Positions 18,939 through 29,067 of a stretch of DNA of 64,000 nt are shown here, in pieces. The stretch is from NCBI GenBank assembly GCA_030603385.1, contig JAUVXW010000002.1, forward strand, positions 116,145-180,144, read 5' to 3'. Position 1 is the first letter of the stretch, and the number at the start of each line of letters is the position of its first letter. Origin of the DNA: Promethearchaeota archaeon. Lineage in GTDB: Archaea > Asgardarchaeota > Lokiarchaeia > Sigyniarchaeales > SOKP01. The position numbers and the translations under genes were made by a program. The notes under the pieces are model-generated. The model saw only the letters and a list, made by a program, of their open reading frames with translations. It had not been told where the DNA came from and made no database searches.

Positions 18939-20852
18939 TTAATATATTTCAAAATCCTTAATCGAAAACTTATTGATTTTTCTCATGATAGGGAATAAGC
19001 TTAGAAAATTAAAAAAAGTAAAAGTAACTAACAGTATAGCAAAAACAGTAAATGGAATGTATAATGGGGGCAAATATACGCGACCAAAGATAACAATTGA
19101 ATTTAGAATCATACCTATACTAAAACTTATTAAAAGTGAAGGAATGATAACAAAAGTAGATTCCAAGAAAAGAATTCTTTTTAATGCTTTGTTCCTAGAG
19201 CCCAAAGCTCTCATAATTAAGAAATCTCTTGCTTTTTCCATTATTCCACTTTTTTGATAATTATAAAGGGATAAGATCCCAAGAATTGCTATAATAATCA
19301 TTAAAAACATTGGGTATAATGATAAATTTAATAAGAAATTCAGATTCTTTTTAAATACTCCATCCAGTTTCATATGAGCAAAGTCAGTTCCCAAATTAGA
19401 TTCAATAAAGATTTCTAAATCTGTTTTTATGTTGTTATACGACCCACTTTTCAATTTTAATAAAACAAGATTAATTGCCTGATTTGAGAATAATAATTTA
19501 TTCTGAAAAGACTCTAAACTTATATAACCCGCATATCCATTATAAAAACTATCAATAACTACTCCAGTTATCTCAAATTCATGAGATTCATTGCCTATAT
19601 TTTTGATTTTAAGATTTTGTATTAATGCTTTATCAAAATAATTATAAGCTAAACCATCCCCTACAATCATCTCATAATCAAGGGTAGAATAATTTCCTTC
19701 AATCTCAAAATTTTGGATCATCTTACTCAGATTTACTCCAATAATAGGAATATTTTCTGTCCTATGTTTTCCATAAGTTATATATTCCCCATCAACAATA
19801 ACAATTTTGCTCATTTCTTCTATATCACAGAAGTTTATTAATCTCTCATCAACTTTTTCGATATCGCCTACAGTTTCTTTAATATTGCTCACATTGTTGA
19901 TACTAAATAAGTATTTTGAATCTGTAAAATTAATATCTGTATGGTTAATAACAATTCTTGGATTTGAGAACATCTCATACATCAGTGAATAATTTTGGAT
20001 CACATCTTCATGACCGATTATTACAATATTTTCACCTTGCGCCTTACGAATCCACTCCTCCGATGATGTTCTTAAAACGATTGTACCTAATCCAAGTGTG
20101 AATATTATTAAACAAATTAATGAAAACACTATAATATATCTTTTAAACTCACCCTTTCTTCTTAAAGTATTAATTATTGACAATTTGATATTAATTCCTA
20201 ATGAAGAAAGCCATTTTGGGATGAACTGAATTTTTTTTGAAGCATCGTAATCATGAGGAATATCTTTAGAAAATGTTTTTATTATTTTTTCTTTCCCTAT
20301 TCTTCTTAAGGCATACCCTGATACAAAAAATATCCCAAAAATACAAGAAACAAATAGTATTGAAGTAAATATAACATCTATTTGAAACTCAATAGAAAAA
20401 TAGAAAGAATTCATTATTAAACTAAATATTCCAAAGGAAAGAACTCCACACATTATACCAAAGAAGAACCCAATGAAAAAAATGATATAAACCTCGAGAA
20501 GATAAAAACTATAAAGCTTACGGGGTAATGTACCTAAAGCTTTCATTATTCCAATATCCTTTTTTTTATTAATAATATGAGTAGTAGAAATCGCGACTAC
20601 TATAAAAACAGCCAATATCATTAATAAAATCTGGATTATTGTAATGAACTGTTTATAAACAATACTAATACTCCCTGAGAAGAAAAATTCATTTGAAAAA
20701 TCGGACTGAATAAATACATTTAAACCCAAAGAAGATGTAAAGTAAATTAAGAATTCTGTTATGGCTACAACTAAAGTAATGATTATTAAATAAGGAATTG
20801 TTTGGTTCTTTTTACGATAAAAATCCTTTAGGGCAAAATCAAAAGATGACAT
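18939..20852 (-). CDS. ABC transporter permease, FtsX/MacB family (two FtsX domains)
   Basis: DIGIMKALG and FLIMRALG motifs, TM clusters, large extracellular loop. Confidence 0.85.
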   Translation of the reverse strand: MSSFDFALKDFYRKKNQTIPYLIIITLVVAITEFLIYFTSSLGLNVFIQSDFSNEFFFSGSISIVYKQFITIIQILLMILAVFIVVAISTTHIINKKKDIGIMKALGTLPRKLYSFYLLEVYIIFFIGFFFGIMCGVLSFGIFSLIMNSFYFSIEFQIDVIFTSILFVSCIFGIFFVSGYALRRIGKEKIIKTFSKDIPHDYDASKKIQFIPKWLSSLGINIKLSIINTLRRKGEFKRYIIVFSLICLIIFTLGLGTIVLRTSSEEWIRKAQGENIVIIGHEDVIQNYSLMYEMFSNPRIVINHTDINFTDSKYLFSINNVSNIKETVGDIEKVDERLINFCDIEEMSKIVIVDGEYITYGKHRTENIPIIGVNLSKMIQNFEIEGNYSTLDYEMIVGDGLAYNYFDKALIQNLKIKNIGNESHEFEITGVVIDSFYNGYAGYISLESFQNKLLFSNQAINLVLLKLKSGSYNNIKTDLEIFIESNLGTDFAHMKLDGVFKKNLNFLLNLSLYPMFLMIIIAILGILSLYNYQKSGIMEKARDFLIMRALGSRNKALKRILFLESTFVIIPSLLISFSIGMILNSIVIFGRVYLPPLYIPFTVFAILLVTFTFFNFLSLFPIMRKINKFSIKDFEIY

Positions 20853-20874
20853 ATCAGACTTTAAAATTTGTTTT

Positions 20875-21633
20875 TTAATTTGGTTGTTGTTTTTCTTCTA
20901 CTATTTTCCCCTCATCAAATGAAATTATACGATCTGCCAATGCTATTAAGTCATCATCATGAGTAGCAATAATTATGGTTTTTTCGCTTGATTTTAATTC
21001 TTTAAAAAGATCTCTAATAAAGAGACTGGTCTTTTTATCCAGATTAGCAGTTGGTTCATCAGCTAAAATGATTGGAGGATTATTTGCCAACGCTCTAGCG
21101 ATAGCAACTCTTTGTTGTTCACCAGCAGATAACTGAAATGGCAAATGTTCTCTTCTATCACCTAATCTCATTTTTTTTAACAGTTTTACAGCATGACTTC
21201 TCTGTTCTTCAAATTTCATACCAGAGAGATTCATAGGGAACATTATGTTTTCTTCGGCTGTAAGAGTACTGATTAGATTATAATTTTGAAATATAAATCC
21301 CGAATTTATTAAACGAAATAAAGCTAAAGATTCTTGATCCATATCAGTAATTTTGACTCCTTGGTTATAAATTGTTCCTGAATTAGGAGAATCCAAACCA
21401 CCTATTAAATTTAATAATGTGGTCTTACCAGCACCACTCGGACCTTCAATAACAACAAATTCACCATCATTTACGTCTAATGATACATTATCAACTGCCT
21501 TTACAATAAAATCTCCAATTTCATAATTTTTAACAAGATTTTTGCAAAAAATTAATATACCTTGTTCAGTAAGTTCCTTTGCCAAATTAATTTTATCTAA
21601 TTCTTGATATTCTTCAACGGAATTTTCCTTCAT
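20875..21633 (-). CDS. ABC transporter ATP-binding protein (LolD/MacB type)
   Basis: GPSGAGKT, LSAGEQQRVAIARAL, ILADEPT, ATHD. Confidence 0.95.
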   Translation of the reverse strand: MKENSVEEYQELDKINLAKELTEQGILIFCKNLVKNYEIGDFIVKAVDNVSLDVNDGEFVVIEGPSGAGKTTLLNLIGGLDSPNSGTIYNQGVKITDMDQESLALFRLINSGFIFQNYNLISTLTAEENIMFPMNLSGMKFEEQRSHAVKLLKKMRLGDRREHLPFQLSAGEQQRVAIARALANNPPIILADEPTANLDKKTSLFIRDLFKELKSSEKTIIIATHDDDLIALADRIISFDEGKIVEEKQQPN

Positions 21634-21824
21634 TTTTAATTCAACGCTATTTTGTTCTACTCGTAAGTTTATTCACGAATCTGTTAACATTAATCTTGTT
21701 ACTCTTAGATGTTTGATGAAAATGACGAATAATTTAAAATTCTATGTAAAGAATTAATATTGTATTTTAATAATTTATGTTAGATTTTAAAATAAATTTA
21801 AATATTAAAGTATCATAATATTCT

Positions 21825-21978
21825 TGAGGGAGATTGAGAAACTAAAAAATATCCCCTATACATGTGTGAATTCCACTAAATGTGAGGAAATTTCCTAATT
21901 AAAATGGTAACTAAATAAATTTTGTTGTGAAATCTTAAACTTCCTTTTTAAGATTTTAATTTTTTCTCATCTCCCTCA
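21825..21978 (+). ncRNA. Candidate structured intergenic RNA/element B
   Basis: TGAGGGAGA(T)TGAGAAA (21825-21841) pairs with TTTCTCATCTCCCTCA (21963-21978); internal 10-bp hairpin 21930-21956; TTTAAATA at 21797-21804. Confidence 0.45.
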
Positions 21979-22114
21979 TTCTAGTTCTTAAATTATCGCA
22001 TTCATTAGAGATTGACCCTTACTATCTTTTTTATAAAATAAACTTTAAAGGATTTATTTAATTACAAATTATAATTTTATTAGGGAATATTAATAATTAA
22101 AAGTGTAGATCTTT

Positions 22115-22747
22115 ATGGATTTTGAAAAATTAACTGAACTAGTAATTGAATTAGAAGTTGACGATATTGCTGACGCTGTAAAAGAAGCATTAGGTGAGGA
22201 TAAAGATCCTTTTGATATATTAAACGCTTTAACGAAGGGAATGGATGAAGTTGGACATCGATATGAGGAAAAAGAATACTATTTAACTGAACTTGTGCTA
22301 GCTGGTGAAACCATGAAAGAAGCATTTGCTATTTTACAGCCTGCGTTAGCCGCAGCAGATACATCTTCAGAAAAAGTAAAAGTAATTCTAGCTACTGTTA
22401 AGGGAGATAACCATGATATTGGAAAAAATATTCTTGGCTCTCTCCTATTAAGTTCTGGGTTTGAACTTCATGATTTAGGTATGGATGTGGATGAAAACAC
22501 AATTGTAGAAAAAGTTAAAGAAATAGGTACATCTATTATAGCATTAAGTTCATTACTTACAATGACGGTAGAACAAATTAAAGTCGTTCACGAAGCTTTA
22601 ATAACTGCTGGTCTTCGAGATAGTGTTAAATTAATAGTCGGAGGTGCTCCTTTAAATGAGGAACTTGCTAAAAAACTTGGAGCAGATGATTTTGCTGATG
22701 ACGCAGTAGATGGAGTGAGGCATATCAAAGAATTAGCTAAAAAGTAA
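22115..22747 (+). CDS. Corrinoid (B12-binding) protein, MtaC/MttC-like
   Basis: Cap domain GMDEVG, GDNHDIGKN (DxHxxG), SSLLT, VGGAP. Confidence 0.92.
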   Translation: MDFEKLTELVIELEVDDIADAVKEALGEDKDPFDILNALTKGMDEVGHRYEEKEYYLTELVLAGETMKEAFAILQPALAAADTSSEKVKVILATVKGDNHDIGKNILGSLLLSSGFELHDLGMDVDENTIVEKVKEIGTSIIALSSLLTMTVEQIKVVHEALITAGLRDSVKLIVGGAPLNEELAKKLGADDFADDAVDGVRHIKELAKK

Positions 22748-22983
22748 AAAAATTACTAAAAAGCTATTTTTATTTTAATCATAATCTTACTTTTTTTAGA
22801 TTGTTTTGATTATTGATTTATAGATTATAAGTTCCTTTTTTTAACTATTTTATATCTGTTTTATGTTTATTATTGAATTTGATTAAATTATAATGAGAAT
22901 ATTTATACTTCTTAGTATTCGTTTATGTCCTAAGAACCAATAAAATAAAACGAGTAGTATAAAATTATATGGAGGATTAAATT

Positions 22984-23229
22984 TTGACTGAAAATGAAAT
23001 TAAATATGATAGTTCCCTCGACACTAGAGGGCTTTTCTGCCCGGAACCTTTATTTGAAGTTAGGAATTTAAGTGAGACTCTTGAAATTGGACAATGCTTT
23101 AAAGTACTCGCAGATGATCCCGCTGCTGAAGAAGATTTAAAGAGATGGGCTAAGAGGACAGATACTAAATTAGTTGAATTCCTTAAGGATGGCGATGATT
23201 TAGTATTCTATTTTAAGAAAATGAAATGA
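22984..23229 (+). CDS. tusA: TusA/SirA sulfur carrier
   Basis: LDTRGLFCPEP motif, VLADDPAA; GGAGG SD upstream. Confidence 0.9.
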   Translation: MTENEIKYDSSLDTRGLFCPEPLFEVRNLSETLEIGQCFKVLADDPAAEEDLKRWAKRTDTKLVEFLKDGDDLVFYFKKMK

Positions 23230-23248
23230 AAAAAGAGAGGATAAAAGG

Positions 23249-24442
23249 ATGAGTGTTTATTTAGATCATCAAGCAGCGAAGCCTGTCGATTCTAGGGTTA
23301 TTTCAGAGATGACAATTTATTTAAATCAAAAATTTGCTAACCCAGCATCACTGCATTGTGATGGGGACGAAGCTACTGATGCATTAAGCGAATTTCGACG
23401 TAAGGTTGCCGATTTTATTAACGCCCCAGATCCAGACTCTATAATTTTCACATCCGGAGCAACTGAGTCTAATAATCTTGCTTTAATCGGGGCTGCAATG
23501 AGAAATAAAAAGAAAGGGAATCATATAATAATTTCAGAGATAGAACATATTTCGATTTTAAATATTGCTAAGTATTTGGAACGGCAAGGTTTTGAAGTTA
23601 GTAGAGTTCCAGTAGATCAATACGGAATTGTAAGACTCGACAAGCTTGAACGGTTAATTACTGATAAAACAATACTAGTCTCGATTTCTATGGCAAGCAA
23701 TGAAGTTGGATCCATTCAACCTATTAAAAAAATTAGTGATCTCGCAGTTAAGCATAAAATATTATTTCATACTGATGCTGTTGCTAGTGAAAGTGTTATG
23801 CCAATCGATGTTCAACAAATTCCAGTTGATATGTTAACATTATCTTCAAACGATATTTATGGACCAAGAGGAGTCGGTGCTTTATACTTGAAAAAAGGTG
23901 TACGAGTAAATCCAATCATAATTGGTGGAGGTCAGGAAAGAGGTTTTAGATCTGGTTCAGAGAACATACCAGGTATAGTTGGATTTGGAAAAGCTGCTGA
24001 GATAATGAAAGCAGAAATAAATGAAGAAGCGGCTAGACTAAAAGTTTTAAGGGATAAATTAATTAAAGGGATATTAGAAACAATTCCAAAGTCGTACTTA
24101 AATGGTCATCCAGAAAAGAGACTTCCTCATAATGCTCATTTTAGATTTGACTATATTGAGGGTGAATCGTTAATTTTAGGTTTAAAAGATGAGAAAATTG
24201 CGGCTGCGACAGGATCTGCGTGTTCATCAAAAACTCTAGAGCCTTCTCATACATTAATTGCCATGGGGTTGTTGCATCAAGAAGCTCATGGAAGCTTAAT
24301 GATTACTTTTGGTCGAGATACGAAAGAAGAACATGTTAATAAATTATTAGATAAACTGCCAGTTATTGTAAAAAGATTAAGATTATTATCTCCCCTAACT
24401 CCTCCTGATTTAATAAAAAAAAATAATGAGGTGAATGAATAG
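23249..24442 (+). CDS. iscS: IscS-family protein with Asp in place of the PLP Schiff-base Lys
   Basis: VYLD, ANP, FTSGATESNN, EH, RSGSEN, TGSACSS (catalytic Cys); SSNDIYGPRG instead of S[AG]HKxYGPKG. Confidence 0.9.
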   Translation: MSVYLDHQAAKPVDSRVISEMTIYLNQKFANPASLHCDGDEATDALSEFRRKVADFINAPDPDSIIFTSGATESNNLALIGAAMRNKKKGNHIIISEIEHISILNIAKYLERQGFEVSRVPVDQYGIVRLDKLERLITDKTILVSISMASNEVGSIQPIKKISDLAVKHKILFHTDAVASESVMPIDVQQIPVDMLTLSSNDIYGPRGVGALYLKKGVRVNPIIIGGGQERGFRSGSENIPGIVGFGKAAEIMKAEINEEAARLKVLRDKLIKGILETIPKSYLNGHPEKRLPHNAHFRFDYIEGESLILGLKDEKIAAATGSACSSKTLEPSHTLIAMGLLHQEAHGSLMITFGRDTKEEHVNKLLDKLPVIVKRLRLLSPLTPPDLIKKNNEVNE

Positions 24443-25247
24443 AATGAAAGGAACCCAATATTCCGAAAAGGTATTGGAACATTTCCGTAACCCTAGAAAT
24501 GTAGGAGTAATAGAGAAGCCTGATGGGTATGGACGCGTTGGAAATCCTATTTGTGGCGATTTAATGGATATTTACATCAAAGTTGGAAAAAATGAAGCTG
24601 GTGAAGATATAATTGATGATGTAAAATTTAGAACTTTTGGTTGTGGGTCAGCTGTTGCCACATCATCAATGGTGACGACAATGGCTAAGGGAATGAAAGT
24701 TGATGATGCTTATGAAATTACTCGGAAAGATGTTGCTGAAGAATTAGATGGACTACCCCCAATAAAGATGCATTGTTCTAATTTAGCCGCTGATGCTCTA
24801 AAAGCAGCAATTGATAATTATAGAGGTAAGGCAGAAACATATGTAGAGGTAGAACATAGAACCTGCGAAGCATCAGAACTCAAGGTAATTCTAGGTATTG
24901 ATGAATTTCTTGGTAAAGGGGTTTATAAGAAGAAAGTTAAAGATTTATCCGAGTTTAGTAATAAAAGAGTGTTAGTGATTGATACAGGGGATGAATCTTT
25001 AGAATATGCTTTAGAATTGACGAATCATACAGGTAGAGTCATTGCGGTAACGTCTGCGAAATCTATACCCGGTTCTGAAAACTTACGGAAAAAAATAAAA
25101 ATGTCTGATGTAAAGATGATACATCAATCTGAACTTTTAGAAGTTATAGGGACAGATGATGTTGAAAAAATTAAACTGCATGATTTTGATGAAGATGAAA
25201 ATTATGAGCTCTTTGTCGATGTAGTAATAATTCTTGAAGAAAATTAA
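24435..25247 (+). CDS. iscU: IscU/NifU-N Fe-S scaffold fused to a degenerate thioredoxin-reductase NADPH-binding domain
   Basis: YSEKVLEHFRNPRN, GNPICGD, FGCGSA, LPPIKMHCS; C-terminal ~120 aa aligns by eye with the TrxB middle domain. Confidence 0.88.
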   Translation: MNRMKGTQYSEKVLEHFRNPRNVGVIEKPDGYGRVGNPICGDLMDIYIKVGKNEAGEDIIDDVKFRTFGCGSAVATSSMVTTMAKGMKVDDAYEITRKDVAEELDGLPPIKMHCSNLAADALKAAIDNYRGKAETYVEVEHRTCEASELKVILGIDEFLGKGVYKKKVKDLSEFSNKRVLVIDTGDESLEYALELTNHTGRVIAVTSAKSIPGSENLRKKIKMSDVKMIHQSELLEVIGTDDVEKIKLHDFDEDENYELFVDVVIILEEN

Positions 25248-25287
25248 GGATTAGGTTTTCAAAAGATTTAATTAATACTTTTTCTCT

Positions 25288-26421
25288 CTATTTTTTCATA
25301 GATTCTAAAATGTAGTCAGTTATATATTTACTATCTTTGTCTGTTTGATTCTTATAATTCACATATCTAAAATTGAAAACACATAGAGGACAGGACGAGA
25401 TTATTTCTTTTGTTTCCATTTTATTAAATAATTTTTTGCCAATACTAATACAAATACTACTATCAACACCTCGTATTCCGGAGCCCGATCCACAACATGG
25501 TGTTTCTTTAGGGTTAGATGACATCTCTTTTATCTCCAAACCACACTTATTTAGAAGTTCTCTAGGCTCAGAGAAAAGAGGACCATTTTTGTATTTTCTC
25601 CCAAGTCGACATGGATCATGATAAGTAATTGTCCTATTCAAGGGTTTTAAGTTAATTTTACCTTCTCTTTCTAAATCATAAATAACGTCAACTATATGTT
25701 TCACAGTTAAATCAAAATCCTTAAAGTATTTCCGATAAACCTTATCGAAAGCGTATAAACAACCACCGCAAGTTACGATCAAATTCTTTACGCCAATTTT
25801 CTTAAATAACTCAATGTTTTCTTTAAAGATTTTTTTCGCAATATCGATGTTTCCGGCAGAATATACATATTCACCGCAACAAGGTTCATTTTCTAAAATC
25901 TTAAAATCATAACCTGCAAGCTTTAAAATCTCATATGGTGCACTCGCACTTTCTTTAACCCGAAATGAAGACATACATCCTAAAAATAAGAGTGTATCCG
26001 AATTCTTCTTTTCAAACATTTCTGTTTCTTTATAATTTTCTGCTAACCAATTCAATCTTTCTTCTGGATTTCCATTAACAGAATTATCTTTCTCAATAAT
26101 TCCATTAATAATTTTATTATGGATATCTAACGGCGCTTTATTTTCCTTTACTAACTTAACTTTTGATGAATAGATAACCTCTGATATTTGTATCATTTGG
26201 GGGCAAATCGAATCACATAATGCGCATAAAGTACAAGTATAAAGACTAGTAAGTTCTTCTTGAGAGATTTCATTGTTATTAAACACTTTTTGAGCAATCT
26301 TTAATCTTCCATTCGGAGATTTTAAAAGATCATTTGTAACGATATAAGTATCACATACTTCTAAACAATTCTTACAATCTAAGCATTTTTCTATTTCTTC
26401 TATAACTTTGTTTTCATCCAT
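25288..26421 (-). CDS. HdrD/GlpC-like Fe-S oxidoreductase (ferredoxin + two CCG domains)
   Basis: CLDCKNCLEVC, CTLCALCDSICP, EPCCG, YHDPC, CCGSGSG, SCPLC. Confidence 0.88.
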   Translation of the reverse strand: MDENKVIEEIEKCLDCKNCLEVCDTYIVTNDLLKSPNGRLKIAQKVFNNNEISQEELTSLYTCTLCALCDSICPQMIQISEVIYSSKVKLVKENKAPLDIHNKIINGIIEKDNSVNGNPEERLNWLAENYKETEMFEKKNSDTLLFLGCMSSFRVKESASAPYEILKLAGYDFKILENEPCCGEYVYSAGNIDIAKKIFKENIELFKKIGVKNLIVTCGGCLYAFDKVYRKYFKDFDLTVKHIVDVIYDLEREGKINLKPLNRTITYHDPCRLGRKYKNGPLFSEPRELLNKCGLEIKEMSSNPKETPCCGSGSGIRGVDSSICISIGKKLFNKMETKEIISSCPLCVFNFRYVNYKNQTDKDSKYITDYILESMKK

Positions 26422-26553
26422 GGTGATATCATTTTTCTTAATATTAGATTATATACTAAGTTTTCTAACTTATAGTAACCAGATTTAAATTATACGCTTT
26501 ATTAAGAATAGGATAAGATAATTATATAATTCAAATAAGATTTTAGGTTAATT

Positions 26554-28941
26554 ATGATGAGAGTTGTAATTGTTGGGGGCGTTGCAGGTGGAGCTTCTGC
26601 AGCTGCTCGTTTAAGAAGATTAAAAGAAGATTTTGAAATTGTCATGTTAGATAAAGGCCCGTATGTTAGCTTTGCCAACTGTGGGCTTCCATATTATATA
26701 TCGAATATAATAAAGGATCGTGAGTCTTTAGAACTAGTAACTCCAGATAGATTTCTTGAAAGGTTCAATATTGATGTACGGGTAAACAACGAGGTAATAT
26801 CGATAGATAAAGCGAAAAAACAGATTAAAGTCAGAGATTTAAAGAAAAATGAAGAGTATGATCTCGATTATAACTACTTAATCTTAGCAACTGGATCAAA
26901 ACCTATAGTTCCACCCTTCTTAGGTCTTGACGATGTTCCACATTTTACTGTGCGGACAATTCCAGATGCTGTAAAAATAAGAGAGTATGTTGAAAAATTT
27001 CATATAAAAAATGCTGTTATTGTTGGTGGAGGGTTTATTGGTTTAGAGATGGCAGAAAACTTAGCAGAGAAAGGCATTAGAGTAAAAATCGTTGAAATGT
27101 TAGATCAGGTTATGCCCCCTATTGATAAAGAAATGGCACAGTTTATTCATCAAGAATTAATATTGAATGGAGTATGTCTTGTTTTAGAAGATCCAGTTGA
27201 TTCTTTCGGAAGGACTGATGACGATAAACCTTTTGTTAAAACTAAAAGTGGTCGAATAATAGAAACAGATTTAATTATTTTATCTATTGGTATTAGACCA
27301 GAAAATATCTTAGCTAAAGATGCTGGTTTAGAATTAACAGAGAGAGGCTATGTCAATGTCAATAATATAATGCAAACATCTGATCCAAATATTTATGCTG
27401 TAGGTGATATTGTTCAAGTTCAACATCTTCAAACCAAAAAACCAATATCCTTAGCATTAGCTGGCCCAGCAAATAAACAAGGAAGAGTAGCAGCAGATAA
27501 TATTGCTGGAAGAAATTCAGAATATAAAGGGGTTTTAGGGGCTTCTGTCGTAAAAGTTTTTGATTTAACAGTTGCATCTGTAGGATTAACAGAAAAACAA
27601 TTAAAAATGTTAGATTTCAATTATGAAAAAATATACATTCATCCCAATAATCATGCAGGGTACTATCCCGGAGCTATTCCAATAACTCTAAAATTAATTT
27701 TTGAAATTCCAAGTGGTAAAATTCTTGGAGCTCAAGCTGTTGGAGGTCCAGGTACAGAAAAGAGAATTGATGTTATTTCAACTGTAATAAAATTTAATGG
27801 CACAGTGTTTGATTTGGAAGAATTAGAATTGACTTATGCTCCACCATATGGTTCCGCAAAGGATCCTGTAAATATGGCTGGATTCGTTGCTGCTAATTAT
27901 CTTAAAGAAGATATGCCTATTTGGCATTGGCATGATTTTCCTGATATTACAAATAATGGGGGTGTTTTGTTGGACGTTAGAACTAAAGAAGAATTTGCTG
28001 CTAGAACCATTGATGGCTCAATAAACATACCAATTGAGGAAATTAGGAACCGATTAGATGATATTCCTAATGATAAATCAATCTATGTTTACTGTGAAGT
28101 AGGATATAGGAGTTATTTAGCATTAAGAATTCTACTGCAAAGTGGGTATAATGAAGTCTATGAATTAACAGGGGGATTTAAAATCTTTGAGATGGCAAAT
28201 GCTACAACAGAAGAAATAATGGCTGCATGTGGAGGATCCGAAAATGTTATCGAAGAATTTGTTCACGAAAAAGCTACTGAAAGCGAAGATTATATAGAAG
28301 TCGATGCAGGTGGATTATCCTGTCCAGGACCTCTTAATGCATTAATTAAATCTCTTGATACATTACCTGAAAATAAAAAATTAAAGATTTTTGCTACTGA
28401 CCCCGGATTTAAATCTAGCGTTGAGGCATATTCCAAATTAAATGACGCTGTAGAATTGTTAAGTCTTGGAAAACAACAAGGAAAATTAGTGGCTATTTTA
28501 GAAAAAGTCCAACCTACGGTGGAAGTAATAACACCTATAAAAAAGAAAACTAGGAAAGAATTAAGACCACTTGATGCTCCTCCAGTTTCAGATATCAGTG
28601 TTGATGAGTTATATGAACGCCTTGATACTGAGGATGAGCCACCACTTCTAATCGATGTTCGAACACCACAGGAATATAATGGTCCCGCTGGTCATATTAA
28701 AAATGCCAAATTGATTCCATTAGGAGAGCTTTTAAGTAATACAGATGTTATAAATGATTTTAAAGTAGAGGAAATAATCGCAATCTGTCACTCTGGTTCT
28801 CGATCTATGATGGCTGCTCAAATACTAGCTCAAGCGGGATTTAAAGATATAAGAAATTTAACAGGTGGAATGATGATGTGGCATAGAAAAGGATATCCCA
28901 TCGAGTTAGAAGAAAGTAGAATGGTAGAAACTTATTATTAA
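26554..28941 (+). CDS. cdr: CoA-disulfide/persulfide reductase fused to rhodanese, TusA and a second rhodanese domain
   Basis: GGVAGG, SFANCGLPY, YAPPY; rhodanese YCEVGYRS; TusA GLSCPGP; rhodanese ICHSGSRS. Confidence 0.9.
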   Translation: MMRVVIVGGVAGGASAAARLRRLKEDFEIVMLDKGPYVSFANCGLPYYISNIIKDRESLELVTPDRFLERFNIDVRVNNEVISIDKAKKQIKVRDLKKNEEYDLDYNYLILATGSKPIVPPFLGLDDVPHFTVRTIPDAVKIREYVEKFHIKNAVIVGGGFIGLEMAENLAEKGIRVKIVEMLDQVMPPIDKEMAQFIHQELILNGVCLVLEDPVDSFGRTDDDKPFVKTKSGRIIETDLIILSIGIRPENILAKDAGLELTERGYVNVNNIMQTSDPNIYAVGDIVQVQHLQTKKPISLALAGPANKQGRVAADNIAGRNSEYKGVLGASVVKVFDLTVASVGLTEKQLKMLDFNYEKIYIHPNNHAGYYPGAIPITLKLIFEIPSGKILGAQAVGGPGTEKRIDVISTVIKFNGTVFDLEELELTYAPPYGSAKDPVNMAGFVAANYLKEDMPIWHWHDFPDITNNGGVLLDVRTKEEFAARTIDGSINIPIEEIRNRLDDIPNDKSIYVYCEVGYRSYLALRILLQSGYNEVYELTGGFKIFEMANATTEEIMAACGGSENVIEEFVHEKATESEDYIEVDAGGLSCPGPLNALIKSLDTLPENKKLKIFATDPGFKSSVEAYSKLNDAVELLSLGKQQGKLVAILEKVQPTVEVITPIKKKTRKELRPLDAPPVSDISVDELYERLDTEDEPPLLIDVRTPQEYNGPAGHIKNAKLIPLGELLSNTDVINDFKVEEIIAICHSGSRSMMAAQILAQAGFKDIRNLTGGMMMWHRKGYPIELEESRMVETYY

Positions 28942-29067
28942 ACGAAGCCTATTTTGGTTTTTCTTTAATTTATAAGTGAAAAAGTTAAAATTAAGGCGAA
29001 ATAATTTAAATCCAAATACATTCATATAAATCGAAAATTCCAATTTACAAAAAAGAGGTACAAAATT

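Noticed and set aside
21825-21978. Cobalamin riboswitch or RNase P RNA (GAGGAAA seen)
   Set aside because: No B12-box or GGGAA/GCCACUG-type core, no RNase P CR-V motif, and too short. Kept only as an unclassified candidate.
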